Shown piece by piece: positions 27,316-35,814 of a DNA stretch of 36,954 bases. The translations under genes were made by a program, and so were the position numbers. The stretch lies in IMG/VR virus record IMGVR_UViG_3300012920_000109, positions 1 through 36,954 of that record, one strand, 5' to 3'. The notes beneath the pieces are model-generated. The model was not told the origin of the DNA and ran no database searches. It worked only from the letters and a program-made list of their open reading frames with translations. The DNA is from a virus. Lineage: Duplodnaviria > Caudoviricetes. Position 1 is the stretch's first letter. The number at the start of each line of letters is the position of its first letter.

Positions 27316-27516
27316 ATGCAATACAAACCATATAGTCCTGAGTGGCATAGATACAGATATTTGAAAGAAGCAATAGATACGTACCTTGACGATTACGTTG
27401 AAAATGATATCATTATGAAAGATATTCTCAGTATTGTTTGTTCTCGTCAAGAACGAGCACATGCTGAGTATCATCGACTCGAAGACTTAGAACTTAAATT
27501 AGATTCCAGAGACTGA
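27316..27516 (+). CDS. Hypothetical protein
   Basis: 66-aa ORF (YKPYSPEWHR.RYLKEAI); CTAAATA late-promoter variant at 27286-27292. Confidence 0.75.
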   Translation: MQYKPYSPEWHRYRYLKEAIDTYLDDYVENDIIMKDILSIVCSRQERAHAEYHRLEDLELKLDSRD

Positions 27517-27517
27517 C

Positions 27518-27832
27518 ATGCTATCTACTCAATACAGACTTCGCTTGGAGTTTATTTGTAAAAAAATTGCAAATAAAGAAGAAGTCCAATTAGAAGATAT
27601 GATTTGGGCAGATAAACTTGCCAAGAGACATACTACTGCTAGAGACTGGTTACAAAAAGCACGAAGACAAGCTGCTCAAGATATTGAGGAGGGCAGTATA
27701 GATGATTTTATGAATAGAATGGGTTTGGGAGATCCTGATCCATCCAATCATAGAACCGGATTTGATGGTGCTGATGATATTAAAGATTGGTTCATGAGAG
27801 ACAAACCTGATGATTGGAGGCAACGTGATTGA
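27518..27832 (+). CDS. Conserved cyanophage hypothetical protein
   Basis: MLSTQYRLRLE.IC.KI...DMIWA.KL...GLGDPDPSNH...DWRQRD. Confidence 0.8.
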   Translation: MLSTQYRLRLEFICKKIANKEEVQLEDMIWADKLAKRHTTARDWLQKARRQAAQDIEEGSIDDFMNRMGLGDPDPSNHRTGFDGADDIKDWFMRDKPDDWRQRD

Positions 27833-27974
27833 CAATAAAGACACTGTACTACGCATTGCTAGTGCTCTTGAAAGAATTGCAGATGCTCTAGAAAAAGGAG
27901 CGCATATAAATATTGACCATGCTCATATTGATGAGGTTGAAGGTAAAATACGAACACATGAGGAACGTTGGTAA
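27825..27974 (+). CDS. 49-aa hypothetical protein (absent from ORF track)
   Basis: GGAGG RBS and GTG start; MIDNKDTVLRIASALERIADALEKGAHINIDHAHIDEVEGKIRTHEERW*; TAATG-coupled to the next gene. Confidence 0.65.
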   Translation: MIDNKDTVLRIASALERIADALEKGAHINIDHAHIDEVEGKIRTHEERW

Positions 27975-28225
27975 TGACTGATATTGGTAATCAAGCAACA
28001 ATTTATTCGAAAGGAAGTCAAGAATGTGAGAGAATAAAATCTCTTCTAGAAAATATTGGAATTGATGTATATGAAGTTTTGCTTGGAGATCATTTTAACG
28101 ATAAGGAGTTTCATGCAGAATTTGGATCAGAGGCAACCTACCCTCAGATAAGCATTGGTTATAGGCACATCGGATCCATGAAAGAAACGCTACAATACCT
28201 GAAAACTACGGGACAACTACAATGA
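27974..28225 (+). CDS. Glutaredoxin-like protein (atypical active site)
   Basis: TIYSKGSQECERIK.LL...EFG..ATYPQI.IG..HIGS Grx-fold pattern; ATG at 27974. Confidence 0.75.
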   Translation: MTDIGNQATIYSKGSQECERIKSLLENIGIDVYEVLLGDHFNDKEFHAEFGSEATYPQISIGYRHIGSMKETLQYLKTTGQLQ

Positions 28226-28407
28226 CCACGCCAAATTGGCAGCATCATTCAAAAAAAGAACAAAAAAGAAAACTCAAACCTCAAGCAATGAGAGCGAGGA
28301 AAGAGGCATTGCGCCACTTTAAAAAGAGTCACATTCAGACCTCTTCCCAACGGAAGGGGTCTTATAGTATAGACATCGATACGAAATCCCATGTCCATCA
28401 ATTTTGA
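28222..28407 (+). CDS. Small basic hypothetical protein
   Basis: PNWQHHSKKEQKRKLKPQAMR; ATGA overlap. Confidence 0.65.
   Translation: MTTPNWQHHSKKEQKRKLKPQAMRARKEALRHFKKSHIQTSSQRKGSYSIDIDTKSHVHQF
28311..28368 (+). promoter_or_regulatory. Putative palindrome-N32-TATAGT promoter for the cobT-like gene
   Basis: gcgccactttaaaaagagtc at 28311-28330 and -10 at 28363-28368; same geometry as upstream of cobS. Confidence 0.55.
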
Positions 28408-30514
28408 AATCAAAGGTCAACTTGCAAAACTTCTTGCGACTGAAGATTTGGTGATTGAAAATAAAAATGTTGAAACTGCAATGTTCAACGTTGAGACTCG
28501 CGTTCTGACATTACCCATGTGGGATAAAGCAAGCAACATTGTATATGACATGCTTGTTGGTCATGAAGTTGGACATGCACTATACACTCCTAACGATTGG
28601 AGTTTTGAAGGAAAAATTCCTCGTCAGTTTGTCAATGTAGTGGAAGATGCTCGCATTGAGAAACTTATGAAGCGTAAGTATGCAGGACTTTTCAAAACAT
28701 TTTCTGGTGGGTATAAAGAACTTTCTGATCAAGACTTTTTTCAATTAGAAGGTACTGATATTAACAAAATGAATCTTGCTGATAGAGTAAATCTTTACTT
28801 CAAGATTGGTAGTTTTGTTGATATTAATTTTCAAAATTCTGAAGAAAGTGATATTGTAAAAATGATTGCTAATACGGAAACTTTTGCTGATGTATTATTG
28901 GCAGCAGAAATTCTGTATCAATATTGTAAAAAGAAAAAAGAAGAAGAAACTAAAACTGATAATCATCCAAATCAACAATCAAATTCAAGCAATTCAGGAA
29001 GTGAAGATTCCGATGATTTGCAGAAAGAGCAGCAAGATAATTCCAGCGACGATGCTAACGAAGAAAGTGATGTTGGTGATGATACTTCTTTTGAAGATAA
29101 TAATTTTGAGTTAGAAAGTGATTCTAATGATGAAATTACAGTTGAAACTGATAATAGTCTTTCAAGTAAACTGAAGGATCTCATTGATTCTGATCGACTT
29201 AGTAATGAGTATATTGAAATTCCAGACCTAGATTTAAATACAATTGTTAATTCAAATGAAGAAGTTCATGAGGTAATCACTAGTCATTTCAAAACTTACG
29301 AGCATTGGCCAGAAGTCTTTTTATATTGTGATTCTAAATTTACAAAGTTTAAAAAAGATGCTCAGAAAGAAGTAAATTATCTTGTTAAAGAATTTGAATG
29401 TAAAAAAGCAGCATCTAATTATGCTAGAGCAAATGTGTCTAGGACTGGAGTTTTAGATTGCACTAAACTTCATACCTATAAGTATAATGAAGATCTGTTT
29501 AAAAAAGTAACTACTATTGCAGATGGAAAAAATCACGGACTAATTTTTATTCTTGATTGGTCTGGATCCATGTGTAATACTATCCTTGATACTATCAAGC
29601 AACTTTATAATTTAATTTGGTTTTGTAGGAAAGTAAATATTCCATTCAAGGTGTATGCATTTACTAATGAGTTTAGAAAGAATGTTTATCAGGGAGATAA
29701 TTTTGCACCCGTAAATCCTACAGAACATTATATTAAGAGAGAAGGATTGTTTTGCGTAGATAAATCATTTTCTATGATGAATCTCTTTACCTCAGATACT
29801 TCTACTAAAGATTTACATGTGCAGATGTTAAATATTTGGAGATGTGTTTATTCTATTCGGCATTATTGTGACTATAGTGCTCCTTCACAACTTAGTTTGT
29901 CAGGAACACCATTGAATGAATCAATTATTTGTCTTCATAAAATTATTCCAAACTTTAAAAAACAGTATGGACTTGAAAAAGTAAATTGCATTATTTTGAC
30001 TGATGGTGAGGCGAATCATTTACCAAGGCATAAAGTTGTGAAGAGGTATTGGGAAAAGGAATCTGATTATATTGGTGCAGTTGGACTGACTCCAAATAAA
30101 GATTATCTTCGCAATAGAAAAACGGGAGAAACTTATGCTATTCCTTGGGAATATAATAAGTTTACAAATATTCTATTAAAAAATCTCAAAACTGAATTTG
30201 CTAATGTGAATTTTATTGGAATTAGAATTTTGGAACCAAGAGAATCTGGAAACTTTATTCGTTCCTATTGTTCTAATGATTCTGATACTGTAGAAAAAAT
30301 CCAGCAATGGAAAAAGAGTAAAATGGTATCTATTAAAAATATGGGATATGAAAAGTATTTTGGAATTGCCTCGACTTCTCTATCTCAAGATACTGAGTTT
30401 AATGTTAAAGTGGATGCAACTAAATCTCAGATTAAAAGTGCATTTGTAAAATCTCTAGGCAATAAAAAAATGAATAAAAAACTATTGAGTGAATTTATTG
30501 AATTAGTTGTGTAA
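28391..30514 (+). CDS. CobT-like protein: N-terminal HExxH domain plus vWA domain
   Basis: GHEVGHALYT and NVVEDARIE, acidic linker, MIDAS LDWSGSM, LSGTPL, LTDGE; adjacent to the CobS ATPase. Confidence 0.85.
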   Translation: MSINFEIKGQLAKLLATEDLVIENKNVETAMFNVETRVLTLPMWDKASNIVYDMLVGHEVGHALYTPNDWSFEGKIPRQFVNVVEDARIEKLMKRKYAGLFKTFSGGYKELSDQDFFQLEGTDINKMNLADRVNLYFKIGSFVDINFQNSEESDIVKMIANTETFADVLLAAEILYQYCKKKKEEETKTDNHPNQQSNSSNSGSEDSDDLQKEQQDNSSDDANEESDVGDDTSFEDNNFELESDSNDEITVETDNSLSSKLKDLIDSDRLSNEYIEIPDLDLNTIVNSNEEVHEVITSHFKTYEHWPEVFLYCDSKFTKFKKDAQKEVNYLVKEFECKKAASNYARANVSRTGVLDCTKLHTYKYNEDLFKKVTTIADGKNHGLIFILDWSGSMCNTILDTIKQLYNLIWFCRKVNIPFKVYAFTNEFRKNVYQGDNFAPVNPTEHYIKREGLFCVDKSFSMMNLFTSDTSTKDLHVQMLNIWRCVYSIRHYCDYSAPSQLSLSGTPLNESIICLHKIIPNFKKQYGLEKVNCIILTDGEANHLPRHKVVKRYWEKESDYIGAVGLTPNKDYLRNRKTGETYAIPWEYNKFTNILLKNLKTEFANVNFIGIRILEPRESGNFIRSYCSNDSDTVEKIQQWKKSKMVSIKNMGYEKYFGIASTSLSQDTEFNVKVDATKSQIKSAFVKSLGNKKMNKKLLSEFIELVV

Positions 30515-30520
30515 TAAATA
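30514..30520 (+). promoter_or_regulatory. Putative late promoter (ATAAATA)
   Basis: Upstream of the small ORF at 30544. Confidence 0.55.
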
Positions 30521-30543
30521 TATAAAATAATTCTAATAAAAAA

Positions 30544-30693
30544 ATGAGCAGATTTTCCGATCTCATTGGTTCAACTCCAACTCCTGCACCAAAGGAACCT
30601 AAAAAGGATGTTGTAAAAAAAGTTGAACCACAAACTAAACTAAACTCAAAACCCTCTGTAGAACCTAAGGTTTCTGTAGAGTCCGATGAGTGA
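30544..30693 (+). CDS. 49-aa P/K/E-rich hypothetical protein (absent from ORF track)
   Basis: MSRFSDLIGSTPTPAPKEPKKDVVKKVEPQTKLNSKPSVEPKVSVESDE*. Confidence 0.6.
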   Translation: MSRFSDLIGSTPTPAPKEPKKDVVKKVEPQTKLNSKPSVEPKVSVESDE

Positions 30694-30859
30694 TACTCTA
30701 TCAACTTGCCCTTACTGTGGCAAAAAAGATAGAACATGTTCGGAGATAACATCCCTCGCTAGAGCATATGCGAGGGATGCTTGTAGAAAAAAACATAACG
30801 GTGTGACAATCGATAATCTGTCCTCAGAGGACGGCAAAGACTTCTACATGCCCTTATAA
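30686..30859 (+). CDS. 57-aa Cys-rich hypothetical protein (absent from ORF track)
   Basis: MSDTLSTCPYCGKKDRTCSEITSLARAYARDACRKKH...; four Cys; overlaps the previous stop. Confidence 0.55.
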   Translation: MSDTLSTCPYCGKKDRTCSEITSLARAYARDACRKKHNGVTIDNLSSEDGKDFYMPL

Positions 30860-30860
30860 T
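30803..30860 (+). promoter_or_regulatory. Putative palindrome-N32-TATAAT promoter for cobS
   Basis: gtgacaatcgataatctgtc at 30803-30822 and -10 at 30855-30860; no canonical -35. Confidence 0.6.
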
Positions 30861-30885
30861 TAATCTGTCGAACACAAACATTGTA

Positions 30886-31995
30886 ATGACCATTTCTTCC
30901 GATTACATTCGCACTTCTCTCCAATCTCTCTATGGCAATCTGATTACTTCTTCAGATGTTCGTGCATGGTGTGCTATGAATGGAAACAACTATCAGACTG
31001 TGACTAATAAGTTGTCTGACTATAAGACTGGTAGAGCGCAATGGAATCTAGAAGTAACTCAACAAAAAGTTGGGGAAATTGAACGTACTTATCAGGCACC
31101 CTCCGCATTACCCGCTATCGAACAAAACCTAATTCCTGAAAAAGATGATACCTTCGTCCAGTTTGGCAACTTTACTGATGTTAAAAAAATTATTAAGTCC
31201 CGTCTATTCTATCCAACGTTCATTACGGGATTGTCCGGTAACGGCAAAACTTTCTCTGTTGAACAAGCGTGTGCTCAACTGGGTAGAGAATTAATTCGTG
31301 TAAACATTACTATTGAAACCGATGAAGACGATCTTATTGGTGGGTTTCGCCTTGTGGATGGGGCAACTGTCTGGCATAACGGACCTGTCATTGAAGCACT
31401 CCAACGAGGAGCAATCTTGCTACTCGATGAAATTGACCTTGCTAGTAACAAAGTCCTCTGTCTCCAGTCCATCCTTGAAGGTAAAGGGGTGTTCTTGAAG
31501 AAGATTGGTAAGTTCATCAAACCATCTAAAGGATTTAACGTATTCGCAACAGCAAACACCAAGGGTAAGGGTTCTGATGATGGTCGTTTTATCGGCACTA
31601 ACGTTCTTAATGAGGCATTCCTAGAGCGTTTCCCCGTAACCTTTGAGCAGTCTTATCCAACTCCTTCAGTTGAACAAAAGATTCTAGAAGGTATCGCATT
31701 AGATCTTGGTGTAGATGATCGTGATTTTTGTAAGCGTTTAGTTGATTGGGGTGACATTATCCGCAAAACATTCTATGATGGTGGTGTAGATGAGATTATC
31801 TCTACTCGTCGTCTGGTTCACATCATTCGCGCTTACAGCATCTTTGACAACAAAGCAAAATCGATTGAAGTTTGTGTAAATCGCTTTGATGATGAAACAA
31901 AGCAATCTTTCATGGAACTTTATGACAAGATTGACGCAGATTTTCAGATGCCTTCTGAAGAGAATATCGAGCATAAAGAACACGATCTGTATTGA
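30886..31995 (+). CDS. cobS: CobS/MoxR-like AAA+ ATPase
   Basis: GLSGNGKT, ETDEDDLIGG, LLLDEID, ATANTKGKG, NEAFLERF, ISTRRL. Confidence 0.92.
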   Translation: MTISSDYIRTSLQSLYGNLITSSDVRAWCAMNGNNYQTVTNKLSDYKTGRAQWNLEVTQQKVGEIERTYQAPSALPAIEQNLIPEKDDTFVQFGNFTDVKKIIKSRLFYPTFITGLSGNGKTFSVEQACAQLGRELIRVNITIETDEDDLIGGFRLVDGATVWHNGPVIEALQRGAILLLDEIDLASNKVLCLQSILEGKGVFLKKIGKFIKPSKGFNVFATANTKGKGSDDGRFIGTNVLNEAFLERFPVTFEQSYPTPSVEQKILEGIALDLGVDDRDFCKRLVDWGDIIRKTFYDGGVDEIISTRRLVHIIRAYSIFDNKAKSIEVCVNRFDDETKQSFMELYDKIDADFQMPSEENIEHKEHDLY

Positions 31996-32020
31996 CTCTC
32001 ATATGACTTTCTGATATAAT
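31992..32020 (+). promoter_or_regulatory. Sigma70-type promoter TTGACT-N17-TATAAT with extended -10 TG
   Basis: -35 at 31992-31997, -10 at 32015-32020. Confidence 0.8.
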
Positions 32021-32029
32021 AATTGTACA

Positions 32030-32467
32030 ATGATTTCTTCTTCATACACTATGAATTTTGATTATGAATCATCTCCAGATATTCCCCCAAAGGGGATTTC
32101 TGGATCCTCTGTTGACGATACTATTTCGTTTAATGTTCCTGATCTTCCTGAACCTCCTACTAACACTAATGGGTTTTGGAAGTATCATGAGGATGTTATT
32201 CTCAAAGAGATTCGGGACTATCTTAGTGGGACATACAACTCTCACTATGCTTCTCCCAATTCAAAAACTCAGACACTTGATCTAATTGAAGGTATCGGTG
32301 ATGCAGAACCTTTCTGTCGATCCAATGCTATCAAGTATCTCTCTCGCTTCGGTAAAAAAAATGGTAAAAACCAGCGAGATCTTCTGAAAGCAATTCACTA
32401 TTGCATTCTTCTCTACCATTTCTCTGGCCTCTGTAATGAAAATGCATCCCCCTATGAAACTTTCTGA
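32030..32467 (+). CDS. DUF3310/SaV-like protein (putative nucleotide kinase)
   Basis: HY...QTLDLI...FCRSNAIKYLSRFGKK.G....DLLKAIHY. Start codon uncertain (32030 or 32051). Confidence 0.75.
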   Translation: MISSSYTMNFDYESSPDIPPKGISGSSVDDTISFNVPDLPEPPTNTNGFWKYHEDVILKEIRDYLSGTYNSHYASPNSKTQTLDLIEGIGDAEPFCRSNAIKYLSRFGKKNGKNQRDLLKAIHYCILLYHFSGLCNENASPYETF

Positions 32468-33122
32468 TAAAACGCTAAACATTCTAAAAAACTTCTCTGG
32501 TATCAATCAATCAATTTTGATTAAAAAGGGAAGCAGTATTCGCACCATGTCTGTAATGAGGAATATTCTTGCAGAAGCAACTGTTGAAGAAGACTTTCCT
32601 AGAGACTTTGGAATTTATGATTTGAATCGATTCTTAAATGGTCTTGGTCTTCATGAAAATCCAGAGTTAGATTTTACTAATGAAAGTTATGTTGTAATTA
32701 AAGAAGGTAAGTCTAGATCTAAGTACTTCTTTGCAGATGAGAATGTAATTATTACTCCTCCAGAAAAGAAACTAACTCTTCCATCTGAAGATGTTTGTTT
32801 TGAAATCAACTATAGTCAATTGACAAAATTGATTAAGGCGTCTTCAATTTATCAACTTTATGATTTATCTGTAGTTGGAGAAGCGGGTGTTGTTAAACTT
32901 GTCCTTAGAGATAAGAAAAATGATACTTCCGATAATTACTGTGAAATTGTTGGTGAAACAGGTAACGAATTTACTTTCAACTTTAAAGTAGAGAATATTA
33001 AAATTATTCCAGGAAAGTATGAAATTGTAATTTCTTCTAAACTTCTTGCTAGGTTTGTCAATAAAGATAATCAAGTTACTTATTATATTGCTCTTGAACC
33101 TGACTCTACTTTCAACAAGTAA
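32454..33122 (+). CDS. g45: Sliding clamp gp45
   Basis: MKLSDKTLNILKNFSGINQSI, FGIYDLNRFL, YYIALEPDS; ATG 32454 preferred. Confidence 0.96.
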   Translation: MKLSDKTLNILKNFSGINQSILIKKGSSIRTMSVMRNILAEATVEEDFPRDFGIYDLNRFLNGLGLHENPELDFTNESYVVIKEGKSRSKYFFADENVIITPPEKKLTLPSEDVCFEINYSQLTKLIKASSIYQLYDLSVVGEAGVVKLVLRDKKNDTSDNYCEIVGETGNEFTFNFKVENIKIIPGKYEIVISSKLLARFVNKDNQVTYYIALEPDSTFNK

Positions 33123-33127
33123 ACCTC

Positions 33128-33655
33128 ATGAACATCTTTGTGACTTCATACGACCCCAAGCAATCTGCTGAGGTTCTCCCCGATAAGCATATTGTGAAAA
33201 TGCCTCTAGAGTGCTGCCAAATGATTTCTATCATTTACTCTAAGTGGTATCTAAATTGGGGTAAGATTCATAAAAAAGATGGTGATCCATATAGCACTAA
33301 AAAGGGTGCTTTTAGGAATCATCCCTGCACTATTTGGGCAGCAGATAATTACTATAATCTTGCATGGTTGATTCAACATGGATGTGCTCTTTCTTCTGAG
33401 TATCATCATAGATATGGTAAGATTCATTCCTGTGCTCAAACTTTGTTTGAAGCAAAGAAAATTTTCCATAAAAATGCTGATAAAGCAATAACCTGCCACA
33501 CTCTTGCTGATAACTTTGCCCGTGCAATGCCCGATGAGTTTAAATTTGACACAAGCATTGATACTTTTACTGCTTACAAAATGTACATTAGCAGCAAACC
33601 TTGGGTTGCATCTAATTATCTTCGTGACGAATCCCGTAAACCAAATTGGGTATGA
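33128..33655 (+). CDS. Pyrimidine-dimer DNA glycosylase (DenV/endonuclease V)-like protein
   Basis: MNIFVT..DP..SA..LPDKHIVKMPLECCQM, NHPCTIW, EY..RYGKIHSC, FARAMPDE. Confidence 0.75.
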   Translation: MNIFVTSYDPKQSAEVLPDKHIVKMPLECCQMISIIYSKWYLNWGKIHKKDGDPYSTKKGAFRNHPCTIWAADNYYNLAWLIQHGCALSSEYHHRYGKIHSCAQTLFEAKKIFHKNADKAITCHTLADNFARAMPDEFKFDTSIDTFTAYKMYISSKPWVASNYLRDESRKPNWV

Positions 33656-33886
33656 ATGATGTCATATATTCCTAAAGTAAATGATTATGTTCAGTGGAAA
33701 AATCATGAAGGTTGGGTTTACTTTTTTGATGAATTGTATATTACAATTGAAATAGGAACTAGTAATAAAGTAGATGTAAAAAATGGTGGAACACGTCATC
33801 AAAAAAATCATATCCTTTTAGTTTGTCATAATTATCAGTGGAAAGAATTGAAATATATTAAAAAAAGAAAATCTGTATATGATTAA
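33656..33886 (+). CDS. Hypothetical protein
   Basis: YIPKVNDYVQW...EGWVYF....YITIEIG. Confidence 0.7.
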   Translation: MMSYIPKVNDYVQWKNHEGWVYFFDELYITIEIGTSNKVDVKNGGTRHQKNHILLVCHNYQWKELKYIKKRKSVYD

Positions 33887-33904
33887 ACATTTACTATTTT
33901 GATT

Positions 33905-34060
33905 ATGAAAACGACCTGGAGTATGAAAGTAGATGATGATGGATTCCTTACCATCCCTGAAGATATATTGGAATCTACTGGATGGGTGGTAGGAGATATG
34001 ATAGAATGGATTGACCGTGAAGACGGGTCTTTTGAACTGAGGAAAACTAATGAATCGTGA
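33905..34060 (+). CDS. 51-aa AbrB/MazE-like DNA-binding protein (absent from ORF track)
   Basis: MKTTWSMKVDDDGFLTIPEDILESTGWVVGDMIEWIDREDGSFELRKTNES* fits the swapped-hairpin pattern G.ltiP..i....g...Gd. Confidence 0.7.
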   Translation: MKTTWSMKVDDDGFLTIPEDILESTGWVVGDMIEWIDREDGSFELRKTNES

Positions 34061-34997
34061 TGAATTTCTTTGGGTTGAAAAATATCGACCTCAGACAATT
34101 GAACAGTGTATACTTCCTGACAATATTAAGAAGACCTTCCAAGACTTCCTAGATAATGGTGAGGTTCCGAATCTTCTTCTTGCGGGACCTGCAGGATGTG
34201 GCAAAACCACTGTTGCAAAGGCACTGTGTAAAGAACTGGGGGTAGACTATTATGTCATCAATGGATCCGATGAGGGGCGATTCTTGGATACGGTCAGAAA
34301 CAATGCAAAAAATTTCGCTTCGACCGTTTCGCTTACAGCAACTGCTAAACACAAAGTCATCATCATTGACGAAGCAGATAACACAACAAACGACGTACAA
34401 CTCCTCCTACGGGCGTTTATTGAGGAGTTTAGTAGCAACTGCAGATTCATCTTCACCTGCAACTTCAAAAATCGTTTGGTCGAACCACTCCACTCCCGGT
34501 GCGCGTGTATTGACTTTTCCACCACTAAAAGAGACAGACCAAAACTCGCCTCAGTATTCTTCAACCGTATTAAGACTATCCTTGATAAAGAGAATATTGA
34601 ATATGATTCAAAAGTTCTTGTCCAAATTATAAACAAGCATTTTCCTGATTGGCGTCGGGTTTTAAATGAGTTGCAAAAATATTCATCTTCGGGTAAAATT
34701 GATAGTGGTATACTTGCAAGTTTTAGTGATGTAAAAGTAAATGAACTTATCAAAAACCTTAAACAAAAAAACTTTAAAGAAGTTCGTAAGTGGGTTGTCA
34801 GTAACCTGGATAATGATTCTAGTGTTTTGCTCCGTAGGATTTATGACTCTCTATATGAATCCCTTGTTCCAGGGTCTATTCCTGCTGCTGTGCTTGTCAT
34901 TGCTAAGTATCAGTATCAAGTGGCGTTCGTGGCGGATCAGGAAATAAACATGCTTGCATGTCTTACTGAACTTATGGTGGAGTGTGAATTCAAATGA
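34050..34997 (+). CDS. g44: Clamp loader subunit gp44
   Basis: LWVEKYRP, GPAGCGKTT, IIIDEAD, PLHSRC, FPDWRR. Confidence 0.97.
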   Translation: MNRDEFLWVEKYRPQTIEQCILPDNIKKTFQDFLDNGEVPNLLLAGPAGCGKTTVAKALCKELGVDYYVINGSDEGRFLDTVRNNAKNFASTVSLTATAKHKVIIIDEADNTTNDVQLLLRAFIEEFSSNCRFIFTCNFKNRLVEPLHSRCACIDFSTTKRDRPKLASVFFNRIKTILDKENIEYDSKVLVQIINKHFPDWRRVLNELQKYSSSGKIDSGILASFSDVKVNELIKNLKQKNFKEVRKWVVSNLDNDSSVLLRRIYDSLYESLVPGSIPAAVLVIAKYQYQVAFVADQEINMLACLTELMVECEFK

Positions 34998-35353
34998 AAA
35001 CTTGCAGTAAATGTAAAAAACATTTACCGTCTTCTGCCTTTTCTCCCGCTAATGGAGGAAGATATCTAAGACCAGAATGTAAAAAATGTGCAAGAGTTTT
35101 ATCAAAACAAAGAAAACTATTAAAAGAAAAGTATGGTTATCCAAACAAAGACCATATTTGTCCAATATGTTTAAGAGATGAAACTCAATTGCAAGGAACT
35201 GGTGGTAATGCAAGTATTTGGGTTGTTGATCATGACCATTCAACTAATAAATTTAGAGGACATATATGTCATCAGTGTAATAGGGGATTGGGTCTATTTC
35301 AGGATGACATTTCCAGAATTGAAAGATCAATTAATTATCTAAAAGGAGTGTGA
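34994..35353 (+). CDS. Endonuclease VII-like (His-Me finger) nuclease with N-terminal C4 finger
   Basis: CSKC...CKKC, then CPIC...VVDHDH.TNKFRGHICHQCNRGLG.FQD. Confidence 0.88.
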   Translation: MKTCSKCKKHLPSSAFSPANGGRYLRPECKKCARVLSKQRKLLKEKYGYPNKDHICPICLRDETQLQGTGGNASIWVVDHDHSTNKFRGHICHQCNRGLGLFQDDISRIERSINYLKGV

Positions 35354-35359
35354 ATTCAA

Positions 35360-35548
35360 GTGAATAAAAATGAACTTGAAGAACTAAGATATGATGTGGC
35401 AAATCATTTACTTAGTAGAATGAGTAAGGGTTCTCAATTTCAATATGCCTTAGATAAAATGCTAGAATTGTGTGATCAATATACAGAGAAACAATTAAAA
35501 GAGTTACTACCCAAACCAAAGAAAAAAACTAGAGGAGGAGGATTCTGA
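35360..35548 (+). CDS. Hypothetical protein
   Basis: 62-aa ORF with GTG start and AGGAG upstream. Confidence 0.65.
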   Translation: MNKNELEELRYDVANHLLSRMSKGSQFQYALDKMLELCDQYTEKQLKELLPKPKKKTRGGGF

Positions 35549-35814
35549 TGTTTGAACTTTTAACACAAACCGAGTTTTCATGGGCTGCTAATCACACGAT
35601 TGTTGAATTTTTAGCAGGATATGCATTTGGCGCTGCATTAATTATTGGAGCACCAGGTGTATTCTTCTTTATTGCATTTATGCCAGCACTGCAAAGAACG
35701 AAGGGAGCACAAATTGGTTACAAGGATCATAAAGATTATGGTTACTCTTCTACCTATGAGAATGGTAAAATGGCAGATCAAAAACCTTATACACATTATA
35801 TTGAGTCAGTTTAA
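35548..35814 (+). CDS. Hypothetical membrane protein
   Basis: GGAGG RBS; hydrophobic FLAGYAFGAALIIGAPGVFFFIAFMPAL. Confidence 0.7.
   Translation: MFELLTQTEFSWAANHTIVEFLAGYAFGAALIIGAPGVFFFIAFMPALQRTKGAQIGYKDHKDYGYSSTYENGKMADQKPYTHYIESV

Noticed and set aside
114-34947. Short plus-strand out-of-frame ORFs nested in major genes (e.g. 2007-2285, 20339-20734, 34252-34632)
   Set aside because: Fully overlapped by conserved genes, with composition typical of alternate-frame artefacts.
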